From an uncultured Clostridia bacterium (GTDB taxonomy: Bacteria > Acidobacteriota > Aminicenantia > UBA2199): a stretch of 64,000 nucleotides of DNA. Location of the stretch: positions 3,027 through 67,026 of the forward strand of contig CAZLSH010000001.1 in the NCBI GenBank assembly GCA_964562095.1, given 5' to 3'. The first letter of the stretch is position 1, and each line of letters starts with the position of its first letter. Positions 24,655-34,101 of this stretch are shown here, one piece after another. The notes beneath the pieces are model-generated. The model had not been told where the DNA came from, did not search any database, and saw only the letters and a list, made by a program, of their open reading frames with translations. A program made the position numbers and the translations under genes.

Positions 24655-26526
24655 CTAGCGGATGAGCCCCAGGAGCCCGATCGCGAAAAAAGGGACGTAG
24701 GTGATCAGCAGCACCGCTGCCAGTTGGATCATCAGGAAGGGGAACACGTCGCGGTAGATCTTCCCGATCGGCTCGTTGAACGAATAGGAAGCCAGGTAAA
24801 GGTTCATGCCCACCGGCGGCGTCAGGTAGCCCAGCTCCATGTTGGCCAGGAAGATGATCCCCAGGTGCACCGGATGGATGCCGAACAGTTCGCCCAGGGG
24901 GATGATCAGCGGCACGATGACCATGATCGCGGAGAAAATGTCCATGAAGCAGCCGGTGACGAGCAGCGCGATGTTCAGCAGCAGCAGGAAGATATATTTG
25001 GAATGAATGGCGCCCTGGACCCAGGCGGTCAGCTGCATGGGGATCTCGGCGTCGACGATGTAATAGGACAATCCCTTGGCCAGGGCCAGGATCGCCAGCA
25101 CGCCGCCGATGATCGGCATGCATTTGATCATGACGCCGGGCAGCGCCCGGATCTTGATGTCGCGGTGGATGAACATCTCGACGATCAGGGCATAGATCAC
25201 CGCGACCGCGCCGCTCTCCACCAGGGTGGTGATGCCGCCGAAATAACCCCAGATGATGATGACCGGCAGCAAGATCTCCCAGAACGCGGCCCGGGCCGAT
25301 GACAGAGCTTCCTTTATGACAAAGGGCTCGCGGGCGATTTTCTTTTTCCTGGCGAAGAGGATGCCGAAGAGGGCCATGGCCAGCACCAGGATGATCCCGG
25401 GGATGAAGCCGCCCAGGAACATGTCCTTGATGCTGACTTGGGCCGTCACTCCGTAGATGATCACCGGCAGGCTGGGGGGGAAGAGCAGGCCGATACTGCC
25501 GACCGCGGTCAACAGCCCGGAGCTGAATTTTTTCCCGTACTGTCCCTTGACCAAAACATAGGAGAGCAGGCCGCCTACGGCCAGGATCGTGACCCCGGAG
25601 GCGCCGGTGAAGGTGGTGAAGAACGTGCATACCAGGATGGCCATGAGGGCCAGCCCGCCCGGGAACCATGAGAAGAATGCCTTGAAGAGGCGGACGATCC
25701 GTTCCCCGGCCTTGCTCTCGGAGAGCAGGAAGCCGGTGAATGTGAACAGGGGAATGGCCGGGATGGCGTGGCTGGTCAGAAGGGAATAGGCCTCATTGGC
25801 GACCACCTCCAGCGGTTGGGCGGCATGGGCGAACAGCATGAGGCCGACGCCCCCCAATACGATGAATATGGGCAGGCCGGTGACGGCCCCGAATAGGAGC
25901 AGGAGGATGATCGGCGTGGAGAGGTGGGCGCCGATCCAGCCGTACAGCGGCATCAGGACCCGGGATGCATTTTCCGCAACCGGCAGCAGCGTCATGGCGC
26001 TGTTGGCGACGGCCTCCCAGGCCAGCAGGGTGCCGAAAAGAAAACCGGTCGAGGCGATCGCCCGGCCCCATTTGCCACCGGGCGCCTGGCGGACGAAGCG
26101 ATAGGCCATGATCCCGTAGCCGAGGGGCATGACCATGGCGATCCAGCGCTTGGGGATCACCCAGAGCGCATCCGCCGGGTCGAAGGCATTCAGCAGGAAC
26201 GAGAACGCGCACCAGGCGAAAGCCGTGGCAAAGGCCGTGCTGACGATGGCGTTGAGCGCGCGCACGCGGGAAAAAGCCCCCGGCTTGAATTTCAGGTTCA
26301 GCGTCAGGGAAAGATGGCGGTTCTCCCGGCTGGTGATGGCGGCGGCGATGAAGGCCAGCACCAGCACCAGGTGATGGGTGAGCTCGGTGGAATTGCGCAC
26401 GCCGGTGTGGAAGAGCTTGCGGGCGACCACCTCCATGTTGGGGATCAGGGCCAGCAGGAAAATGGTGAGGAACGCCAGCATCGACTCCAGCCAGCGCGCG
26501 TTCTTGCGGACCCCGGCGATGCTCAT
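24655..26526 (-). CDS. TRAP transporter fused DctQ-DctM permease
   Basis: 623 aa polytopic membrane protein, the length of a fused small+large TRAP permease; directly downstream of the DctP gene. Confidence 0.75.
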   Translation of the reverse strand: MSIAGVRKNARWLESMLAFLTIFLLALIPNMEVVARKLFHTGVRNSTELTHHLVLVLAFIAAAITSRENRHLSLTLNLKFKPGAFSRVRALNAIVSTAFATAFAWCAFSFLLNAFDPADALWVIPKRWIAMVMPLGYGIMAYRFVRQAPGGKWGRAIASTGFLFGTLLAWEAVANSAMTLLPVAENASRVLMPLYGWIGAHLSTPIILLLLFGAVTGLPIFIVLGGVGLMLFAHAAQPLEVVANEAYSLLTSHAIPAIPLFTFTGFLLSESKAGERIVRLFKAFFSWFPGGLALMAILVCTFFTTFTGASGVTILAVGGLLSYVLVKGQYGKKFSSGLLTAVGSIGLLFPPSLPVIIYGVTAQVSIKDMFLGGFIPGIILVLAMALFGILFARKKKIAREPFVIKEALSSARAAFWEILLPVIIIWGYFGGITTLVESGAVAVIYALIVEMFIHRDIKIRALPGVMIKCMPIIGGVLAILALAKGLSYYIVDAEIPMQLTAWVQGAIHSKYIFLLLLNIALLVTGCFMDIFSAIMVIVPLIIPLGELFGIHPVHLGIIFLANMELGYLTPPVGMNLYLASYSFNEPIGKIYRDVFPFLMIQLAAVLLITYVPFFAIGLLGLIR

Positions 26527-27515
26527 TTTTTCTGTCGGTATTCCTGCAGGATCCGCTGCAGTGTATCGTAGATCTCACGGCTGAACAGCTTGCCCACCAG
26601 TTCGTCTATCCCCTGGTCGGAGGCTTCCTTCCATCGGACCAGGCTGTCGGGCGGCGCCGGGTGGATGACCAGGCCGTTTTTCGTCATCGTGTCGATCGCC
26701 TTTTTTTCCAGTTTATCGGTCTCTGCGGCCAGTTTCCTGGAGACGCGGTCGACGGCGGCCGCCATGGCCTGGCGCTGGCTCTCGGGGATCTTCTCCCATA
26801 GGCGGTCCACGATCACCAACCCGCCGACCAGCGGTGCGATCTTCAGCGAGCACATATGCCGGGCGATGGCGAAATACTGGCCCGATGCCGCCACCAGCGG
26901 CGGCAGGTAAAAGGCGTCGACCATGCCGCTCTGCAGGGCCATCATCAAATCGGCGAGCTCGTTGGGGACGATGTGGTAGCCCGATTTCTTCCAGGCCTGT
27001 TCCATCGCGGAGTCGCCGGTGCTGAAGGAGAGCTTCTGCTTTTTCAGATCCTGCGGGTAGAGGACCGGGCTTTTGGAAAAGAAGTTCACCCAGCCGGTCA
27101 TGGTCCAGATGATCACCTTGAACCCCTTGTCCTGGATCTGCCGTTCAAAGATCGGCGTCAGGCGCTCCATGACGTAGGCCATCTCCGCATCGGAGTGAAA
27201 GAGGAACGGCGTGCTGAGAACAAAGGCGTCGGGATTGATCTTGGTCAGCCCGATGTTGGTCAAAACGGCGCCGCCGAGGGTCCCCATCTTCATCTTGCGG
27301 ATCGTGTCCTCCTCGCCGCCGGCGATGCCGCCCGGGTAGATCTTCAGCTTCACCTTGCCGCCGCTGATCGCCGCCCATTCCCTGGCGATCTCCTTGAGGG
27401 CGTCGTCCCACGGCGAGCGGTCGGGGGCCACGCTGCCGATCTTGATCACCTGCGCCGGCAGGGCCAGGGCCGCCAGCAGCAAAATAACCGAAAGGCGAAT
27501 CCGTTTCATTGCCAT
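26523..27515 (-). CDS. TRAP transporter substrate-binding protein (DctP family)
   Basis: Signal peptide, 330 aa, DctP-like fold motifs; overlaps the permease start by 4 nt. Confidence 0.75.
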   Translation of the reverse strand: MAMKRIRLSVILLLAALALPAQVIKIGSVAPDRSPWDDALKEIAREWAAISGGKVKLKIYPGGIAGGEEDTIRKMKMGTLGGAVLTNIGLTKINPDAFVLSTPFLFHSDAEMAYVMERLTPIFERQIQDKGFKVIIWTMTGWVNFFSKSPVLYPQDLKKQKLSFSTGDSAMEQAWKKSGYHIVPNELADLMMALQSGMVDAFYLPPLVAASGQYFAIARHMCSLKIAPLVGGLVIVDRLWEKIPESQRQAMAAAVDRVSRKLAAETDKLEKKAIDTMTKNGLVIHPAPPDSLVRWKEASDQGIDELVGKLFSREIYDTLQRILQEYRQKK

Positions 27516-28471
27516 TACTCCTCGATGTCCGTCGGGGTTTCTTCCGATTCCACGAAAAAATTGTCCGCGTGCTCAAGCAGCCATTGCGCCTTGCGCAGGT
27601 TGAGTACGTTCACCAGTCGGTTTTCCGGGTCCGCCTGCGGGTCGATCGCCAGCGCCTTGTTCAGGAGGTCCTTGTACTCCGCGAGGTTCTGCTCCTTGAC
27701 CGTCACCGAAGTGGCCAACGACAGGAAGGGGGTCGCCGAGCGCCCCTTGGAGATCTCCAGCGCCCGGGCAAAATGCTCGCGCGCCTTTTTCAGACTGCCG
27801 CCCATGTACTCGGGAAGTGACCCGTAATAGAGGATGTAGAATTCGTGGATGGCCCCGGCCGCGTAGTCGGGATCGAGACGGTAAACCCTCTCGATCAGAG
27901 CCGCCGCGGCCGGCAGCGTCACGCCCAGGTCCATGTCGAACGGGTCGATGGCGTACCCGCCCAGCCAGCCGGCCCCGGCCCAATACAGCAGGGGGGCATC
28001 CTTGCGCGTGGTGCGCTCCAGGGCCTTGGCGAAATCCTTTTTGTCCAAATTCCGGCGGAATCCGGGATATTTTTCCTCCAGGCCGACCAGGAGGATGTCT
28101 CGGCCGCGCAGGTAGAGGTTCTTGGCGCGTTGATAGCCGAATTCCTGCTTTTCATACTCGGCCTCGGGAAGCATGGCGGCCGGCGTCTGCAGAAAGGCGT
28201 TGGCGTACATGACATACAGGCTTCCCGTCTGCAGGCGCAGCCCCTGGTGGCGCGGATTGGCCGCCAGCAGGGATTCGTACATCTTGATGGCGAACGGCAG
28301 GGCATCGCCGACGAGCTCGGGGTCGTTGTCGCCAGTGAAAACCGTGCTGGAGCCGCCGCCGGTCAGGGCGTTGGCCACCTGGTTCATGGCCAGTTTCCTG
28401 AGCGAGCAGGCGGGGGAAAAAATCAGGGCGGGCAGCAGGAGCATGCCCGCAGAGAGAAACGATTTCTTCAT
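27515..28471 (-). CDS. TRAP-associated TPR lipoprotein (TatT family)
   Basis: Lipoprotein-like signal (…IFSPAC) and an all-helical TPR-like protein immediately upstream of DctP, the architecture of TPAT transporters. Confidence 0.65.
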   Translation of the reverse strand: MKKSFLSAGMLLLPALIFSPACSLRKLAMNQVANALTGGGSSTVFTGDNDPELVGDALPFAIKMYESLLAANPRHQGLRLQTGSLYVMYANAFLQTPAAMLPEAEYEKQEFGYQRAKNLYLRGRDILLVGLEEKYPGFRRNLDKKDFAKALERTTRKDAPLLYWAGAGWLGGYAIDPFDMDLGVTLPAAAALIERVYRLDPDYAAGAIHEFYILYYGSLPEYMGGSLKKAREHFARALEISKGRSATPFLSLATSVTVKEQNLAEYKDLLNKALAIDPQADPENRLVNVLNLRKAQWLLEHADNFFVESEETPTDIEE

Positions 28472-28608
28472 TTGCTTTTTCTCCAGGGTGCAGGGCCATT
28501 ATACTACTTTTGCAGGCCGGCCGTAAACATCGTTCCGGGTCCCATGCGCTCCTCCCCGCAAGTTTGACGGCAAGGGTGAAAAAAGTTAGAATGCGCCGGA
28601 GAGGCAAA

Positions 28609-29523
28609 ATGACAGAGGATGCGATCCTGAGGCGGGAGATCGAGGCGCTGAAGCGCCGGAGAGATGCCGTCATCCTGGCCCATAATTACCAGCTGGAAGA
28701 GGTCCAGCTGGCGGCTGATTTTCTAGGCGATTCGCTCGAGCTGAGCCGCCGGGCGGCGTCCCTTGGCCAGGGCGTTATCGTCTTTGCCGGGGTCAAGTTC
28801 ATGGCCGAAACGGCCAAGATCCTGTCGCCGGGCAAGAAAGTCCTGCTGCCGCGGCTCGATGCCGGCTGCCCCATGGCCGACATGATCACCGTGGACGAGC
28901 TCCGCGATTTGAAGGCCCGGCATCCGGGCGCGGCGGTGGTCACCTATGTGAACTCTTCGGTGGAAATCAAAGCCGAGAGCGACGTGTGCTGCACTTCGGC
29001 CAACGCCGCCCAGGTGGTCCGCGCCGTCCCCGCCGCCGAAATCATCTTCATTCCCGACCGCAACCTGGGGAGCTACGTGCAGCGGCTGGTCCCAGAAAAG
29101 AAGCTGCACCTTTTCGAGGGCTATTGCTACGTGCACAACCGCATCCGCCGCGAGGAGATCGAAGCCGCGCATGCCCGCCATCCGCGGGCCAAGATCATCG
29201 TCCATCCGGAGGTGCGCCCGGAGATCGTCGATCTCGCCGACGAGGTTCTTTCCACCAGCGGCATGCTGCGCTACGTTCAGGAATCCCCGGCGTGCGAGTT
29301 CATTGTCGCCACCGAGCAGGGCCTGCTGCAGCGGATGATGCGCGAGAACCCGGGCAAGGCGTTCATCCCGGCCGGGACGGCAAAAATCTGCAGCAACATG
29401 AAGCGGACGTCGCTGCAGGATGTCCACGCCGCCCTCCGGGATGACCGCTACGCGATCGAGATCGATCCCGTTGTCGCCGCGCGGGCGGGCCGGGCGCTGC
29501 ACGAAATGCTGAAATACGGATAA
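28609..29523 (+). CDS. nadA: quinolinate synthase
   Basis: Contains AHNYQ, conserved Cys residues and VHPE motifs; ATG at 28609 with RBS GGAGAGG. Confidence 0.85.
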   Translation: MTEDAILRREIEALKRRRDAVILAHNYQLEEVQLAADFLGDSLELSRRAASLGQGVIVFAGVKFMAETAKILSPGKKVLLPRLDAGCPMADMITVDELRDLKARHPGAAVVTYVNSSVEIKAESDVCCTSANAAQVVRAVPAAEIIFIPDRNLGSYVQRLVPEKKLHLFEGYCYVHNRIRREEIEAAHARHPRAKIIVHPEVRPEIVDLADEVLSTSGMLRYVQESPACEFIVATEQGLLQRMMRENPGKAFIPAGTAKICSNMKRTSLQDVHAALRDDRYAIEIDPVVAARAGRALHEMLKYG

Positions 29524-29532
29524 GGAGCCAAC

Positions 29533-29766
29533 ATGGAATTGAAGGAAAAAGTCCAGGCCGTGATCGAGCAGGTGCGGCCCGCGTTGCAGGGAGACGGAGG
29601 CGACATCGAGCTGGTCGACGTGCTGGTCGACGACAAAGTCGTACTGGTCAGGCTCAAGGGGCACTGTTTCGGCTGCCCGATGAGCACCTATACCATCAAG
29701 GGATATGTCGAACAGGTGATGAAGCAGGAGATCCCGGAAATCTCCGAGGTCCGCCTGGTCCAGTAA
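29533..29766 (+). CDS. NifU-like Fe-S cluster domain protein
   Basis: 77 aa with GHCFGCPMS..T motif, typical of the NifU C-terminal domain. Confidence 0.75.
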   Translation: MELKEKVQAVIEQVRPALQGDGGDIELVDVLVDDKVVLVRLKGHCFGCPMSTYTIKGYVEQVMKQEIPEISEVRLVQ

Positions 29767-29822
29767 ATGACGGCCTTATTCCGCGTTCCCATCGCCAGCA
29801 ACGGATCCTCCCGGCCGCGCCG

Positions 29823-31292
29823 ATGAAGGCGGGGCCGTTGCGGTCTTTCCTCCGTTTCCTGTTCCTGCTGCCGCTGCTGGCCTGGACGGGGAGCGGCGGG
29901 GTGCTGCGCGTCGCCTGCTTCGATTTCCCGGGCTCGTTCAACCCGGTGTACGCCACCAGCGAAACGGCGCAGGCGGTGGCCAACAAGGTCTATCAGGCCC
30001 TGTTCTTTTTCGACCCCCAGGGAAATCTTCGCCCCGAACTGGTCGCTTCCTATTCCTGCAATCCGGCCGGGACCGCGATCACGCTGACGCTGAAGCCCGG
30101 GGCGCGCTTCGCCGACGGCTCGGCGCTGGACAGCCGGGACGTGGCCGCCACCATCGCCCTGCTGCGCGATCCGCGTTTTGAGTATCCCTATGCGGCCGAC
30201 CTCGATTTCCTGGCCCGGGCCGTGGCCGTCGGGCCGTTGGGCTTGCGCCTGGAACTGAAGGAGAAATTCGCCCCCTGGAAATGCTACCTGACCTTCAAGG
30301 TCTTGAACGCCGATGAACTCCAGCACGTCGGCGCGAAGGGATTTCGCGGCCGGGTGCCGATGGGCAGCGGTCCCTATCGCCTGGCCGTCGTGAAGGAGCC
30401 CCGGGGTTTCGAACTGGCAAGAAACCCGAGCTGGCCGGGCGACCTGCGCTTTAGCCGCATCCGCTATGCCGTTCTCGGTGATCCTCGCCAGGCGCCCCTG
30501 AAGCTGCTGAACGCCGAGGTTGACGCCGTGGAGATTCACGGCGACGATGCCGATGCCTATGCGCGCTTGAGGAAATGGCGCCGGCGCTTCCGGCTTTTTT
30601 CTTACAGAAAATTCGGTTATACCTACCTGGTGTTCAATATGCGGCGGCCCGCCGTCAACAGGGATTTGCGGCGGCGGGCCTATAACCGGCTGCAGACCAC
30701 CCGCTTCCTGGACGATTTCCTGGCCGGCCGGGGCGACCGCGTTCATTCGCCGTTCCTGCTGTTCGCCGCCGAGAAGCCGCCGCGGCCGTTCCCCGTCGCC
30801 CCCGCGCAACGCCGGCAAAGGCTGCGGATCATGACCAACAGCGAGTCGGTCCTGCGCCGGCAGCTGGTGCTGTTCCTGTGCGAGGAGCTGAAGGCCGACG
30901 GCTTCGATCTGGAGCCCGTTTTCGTCGAATACCGCATGTTCCTGCAGCGTCTGAAGCAGGGTGATTTTGACCTGGCCGTATCGGCGTTCATCCTGGACAT
31001 CGATTGGAACATGAAGGATATCCTCTCCAGCTCCGGGTATTTCAACTATGCCGGCTATTCCGCCGCGGCAATGGATGCCGCCCTGGAGGCGGGGCTGCGC
31101 GAGATGGACGACGGCAAGCGCCGGGCGATTTACGGCCGTGCCCACGATCTGTGGCGTGACGAATTGCCCCTGATCCCGCTGTTCAATTTGAATTATTACA
31201 TGGGGGTGGCGCGGGAGATCGAGCCGCCCCGGGAGCGATTTGAGTTGATCGGCTCCTGCGGCGATTTTTTTTACAACCTCCAGGGCTGGTAG
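29823..31292 (+). CDS. ABC transporter substrate-binding protein, family 5 (peptide/nickel class)
   Basis: Signal peptide, ~490 aa, SBP_bac_5-like conserved blocks. Confidence 0.65.
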   Translation: MKAGPLRSFLRFLFLLPLLAWTGSGGVLRVACFDFPGSFNPVYATSETAQAVANKVYQALFFFDPQGNLRPELVASYSCNPAGTAITLTLKPGARFADGSALDSRDVAATIALLRDPRFEYPYAADLDFLARAVAVGPLGLRLELKEKFAPWKCYLTFKVLNADELQHVGAKGFRGRVPMGSGPYRLAVVKEPRGFELARNPSWPGDLRFSRIRYAVLGDPRQAPLKLLNAEVDAVEIHGDDADAYARLRKWRRRFRLFSYRKFGYTYLVFNMRRPAVNRDLRRRAYNRLQTTRFLDDFLAGRGDRVHSPFLLFAAEKPPRPFPVAPAQRRQRLRIMTNSESVLRRQLVLFLCEELKADGFDLEPVFVEYRMFLQRLKQGDFDLAVSAFILDIDWNMKDILSSSGYFNYAGYSAAAMDAALEAGLREMDDGKRRAIYGRAHDLWRDELPLIPLFNLNYYMGVAREIEPPRERFELIGSCGDFFYNLQGW

Positions 31293-31352
31293 CCAGGGGA
31301 GCTTGCCCGGGCGGAGATCCGGGGGGATGATTCCCTTCCGGTTCCGCGCCGC

Positions 31353-32108
31353 TCATCCAAGCAACTCCCTCAGGCGCCGATAACCGTCCTTGCTGACGGG
31401 GATCACCGCTCCATTGGCAAGTTTCACTACCTTGCTTTCCTTGGAATAGGGTTCAATGGTCTTGAGAAAATGCAGGTTGATGATATAGGAACGATGTACG
31501 CGGCAGAACTGGCGCTTGTCCAGAAGCTCCTCGACGCGGCTCAGGCGTTCGCCCTTCAGCCAGGATTTGCCTTCGGAAAATATGCGGATATAGTCATCCT
31601 GGGCCTCGATATGAGTGATCCTGGAAACCGGGATGACCGCAATGTCCGTTCCCGTGCGAATCAATATCCTGGTCAGGGGGCTCAAGCTGTCCTGGTGTTC
31701 CCGCAGCAGTTCCCGGCGCAGGGAGCTTTCTTCCTTTTTCCCCAGCAACAGACGCACCTTTTCCAAGGCCTGGGCCAGGCGTTCGTTCCGCACGGGCTTC
31801 AGCAGGTAGTCCACGGCCCGGGCCTCAAAGGCGCGCAGAGCATATTGATCATAAGCGGTCACAAAGATCACGCTTGGAGAATCGTCTCCCAGTAATTCCA
31901 GCACGTCAAATCCGTCCAGTTTCGGCATCTGGATATCCAGAAAGACAAGGTCCGGCTTTTCCTCCATGATCGCCTTGACCGCTTCAAAACCATTCTCGCA
32001 TTCAGCGCAGATCTCAAGGTCCGGGAATCCCTGCAGCTCGACATTGAGCGCTTTGCGCGCCAGCTCCTCATCATCCACGATCAGCACCCGGATGGTCTTA
32101 TCGTACAT
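31353..32108 (-). CDS. LytTR-family DNA-binding response regulator
   Basis: REC domain (LIVDDE…DLVFLDIQMP) plus a C-terminal LytTR domain. Confidence 0.85.
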   Translation of the reverse strand: MYDKTIRVLIVDDEELARKALNVELQGFPDLEICAECENGFEAVKAIMEEKPDLVFLDIQMPKLDGFDVLELLGDDSPSVIFVTAYDQYALRAFEARAVDYLLKPVRNERLAQALEKVRLLLGKKEESSLRRELLREHQDSLSPLTRILIRTGTDIAVIPVSRITHIEAQDDYIRIFSEGKSWLKGERLSRVEELLDKRQFCRVHRSYIINLHFLKTIEPYSKESKVVKLANGAVIPVSKDGYRRLRELLG

Positions 32109-33180
32109 CGCTCGCCTCCTCCGCTTCTTTTTCGGGAAAGCTCAATTCACTGACGAAATGCTCGCCCTCCGACCGGGTTTCCAGCCAGGCCCGGCCCTGA
32201 TAAACGATCTGCAGGCGGCGCTGCAACGTGGAGATGCCCAAGCCTTCACCCACCGGTTTCGGGCCGTCGCCGGGAGGGAGCGGATTGGAAACCCTGATCC
32301 GCAGAAGGTCCTTGTGCCTCCAGCCTTCAATCAGCACCGTCCCCCCTTCCAGTCGGCTCTGAATGCCGTGCTTGATGGCATTCTCCACCAAGGGCAGCAG
32401 GGTGAGCGAAAGCAGCTTCCACTGCGCTACTCCAGGCTCCAGTCGGATCTCGTACTTCAGGCGCCGGCCCAGCCTCAGGGCCTCGACCGCCAGGTAATTG
32501 CGGATGTGCTCGATCTCTTCCGCAAACGGGACGCGGTTTTCCTTCTGGTAGCGCAGGGAATGGCGCAGAAAATCAGAAAGATGCAACAGGGTCAGCCGTG
32601 TCTGTTCGGGATCCTCGCGACTGAGGACGCTCAGGGCGGTCAGGGTATTGAACAAAAAATGGGGATGGATGGTGTTTCTCAGGGCCCGCAATTCCGACTG
32701 CGCCCCGGAGAGATTTTCCTCCAGCAGGCGCCGTTCCGTTTCCGCTCTTTGTTCCAGGGAGATCAGGAGATAGTGGAACATCGCCAGCGCCAGGTAGGAA
32801 GCCCAGGCCGCAAAACCCAGCAGAATGCCGATTTGTCCGGCCGCGGCATCCCAGGAATGATCGGAACTGATCCTTGACAACAGGCCGCCGTAAAGGATGA
32901 GCGCACCCAGCCAAACCGTCGTGACCAGGGAAGCCGAAAGGGTTTGGACCAGGATCACCCTCCAGATGCGGGCCAGGCGCAGGGGCTCCTGACGGCAAAG
33001 ATACCAGCTGGAGGCCGACATGAAAAAAAGCAGCATCATGGCGGGAAGAAGCCAGATCAGGGTCCTGGACCAGCCCAGGTCGCTGAGGCCCACCACGACC
33101 CCGGAAAGGATCGTGGTGAGCGCCAGCCAGATGGCCAAAGCCAGCAAAAGGAAACGCAGTGACCTGAAGAGCGGATGCAT
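32098..33180 (-). CDS. sensor histidine kinase (LytS/YehU-type, His_kinase pfam06580-like)
   Basis: Multi-TM N-terminus, H-box IHPHFLFNTL, HATPase_c C-terminus. Confidence 0.8.
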   Translation of the reverse strand: MHPLFRSLRFLLLALAIWLALTTILSGVVVGLSDLGWSRTLIWLLPAMMLLFFMSASSWYLCRQEPLRLARIWRVILVQTLSASLVTTVWLGALILYGGLLSRISSDHSWDAAAGQIGILLGFAAWASYLALAMFHYLLISLEQRAETERRLLEENLSGAQSELRALRNTIHPHFLFNTLTALSVLSREDPEQTRLTLLHLSDFLRHSLRYQKENRVPFAEEIEHIRNYLAVEALRLGRRLKYEIRLEPGVAQWKLLSLTLLPLVENAIKHGIQSRLEGGTVLIEGWRHKDLLRIRVSNPLPPGDGPKPVGEGLGISTLQRRLQIVYQGRAWLETRSEGEHFVSELSFPEKEAEEASDVR

Positions 33181-33181
33181 C

Positions 33182-34063
33182 CTATTTGATGTCGATGCCG
33201 CCCATTACGACCATGCCCTCGACCATCAGTGTCTTGTTGGCCGGTTTCCCGGTGTTGTTGCGATGGATGAACTTGTTATCCACTCCGCCCAGGATCGGAG
33301 TGGCCTTTACGGATACCTGCCAGTGCTCCGGAACCCGGATGTCGATGCCGCCGAACATGGCGAAGCACTGCAGCACCATCTTTTCGCCCTCCATTTCGGC
33401 GTCACGAAGATCGATCGTGCCGCCTCCGAAAATAGCGGTTACGGTGCCATTTTTCATGTTCTTGGCGTCAAAGCGGTAGTCACCGCCGCCAAAAATCGCG
33501 GAAATCGAAAAATCCTGCTCGCCCGGGAAAACGGTCCTTTCCCTGGTCAGGGCCTGCAGCAGGATCTTCACCCCGATATAGAGGATCAGGACGGGCCACA
33601 GTTTCCTCACTTGCAGATGAAATCCCCCGATCAACTTGAGATTGGAAATAAGGATCAGGCCGCCGACGCCGGTCAGCATCACACCGTCAAGGAAGTTGAG
33701 CCAGTTTTTGCTGTTGGCCAGAACGCCGATCCCGGCCAGGATCAGCACCACGGGCCAAAAATCCCAGGCGTCGACGTCAAGTTTCATCCCGAAGTTGTTC
33801 AGCAGGGCCAAGGTCCCGAACAGGATGAACCCCATGGCCAGGAATACACCGCCGTTCAGGAACTTTCTTTGTTGTTCGCTCATTGTTTCCTCCTTTGAGC
33901 CGCAGCTCCGTGTTCCATGACCATGATACGGCATCTTTTTGTGATGGCCTGCTCTTTTTCGGCGAATGCCCGGTTCCCTTCGGTGAATGGAAGACCATCG
34001 GCCCCATCGTACCATTATAATGGAAGAAGGCCATATTGGAAAATCAGGCGTCTCCCTGCTCAA
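33182..34063 (-). CDS. LiaF-like membrane protein (LiaF-TM/DUF5668 plus DUF2154-like C-terminal domain)
   Basis: N-terminal TMs with FWPVVLILAGIGVL and a C-terminal repetitive beta-rich domain (IFGGGxxD repeats) as in LiaF/VraT. Confidence 0.6.
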   Translation of the reverse strand: MSRETPDFPIWPSSIIMVRWGRWSSIHRREPGIRRKRAGHHKKMPYHGHGTRSCGSKEETMSEQQRKFLNGGVFLAMGFILFGTLALLNNFGMKLDVDAWDFWPVVLILAGIGVLANSKNWLNFLDGVMLTGVGGLILISNLKLIGGFHLQVRKLWPVLILYIGVKILLQALTRERTVFPGEQDFSISAIFGGGDYRFDAKNMKNGTVTAIFGGGTIDLRDAEMEGEKMVLQCFAMFGGIDIRVPEHWQVSVKATPILGGVDNKFIHRNNTGKPANKTLMVEGMVVMGGIDIK

Positions 34064-34101
34064 AATGGGCGGGCAGGCCGAATTGCCATGAACCGGGCGC
34101 T

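Noticed and set aside
25793-26578. 261-aa minus-strand ORF and several plus-strand ORFs (25924-26571 and others) within the TRAP permease region
   Set aside because: They are alternate frames or antisense of the 623-aa polytopic permease, with an Arg/Gly/Pro-rich composition typical of off-frame translation in GC-rich genes.
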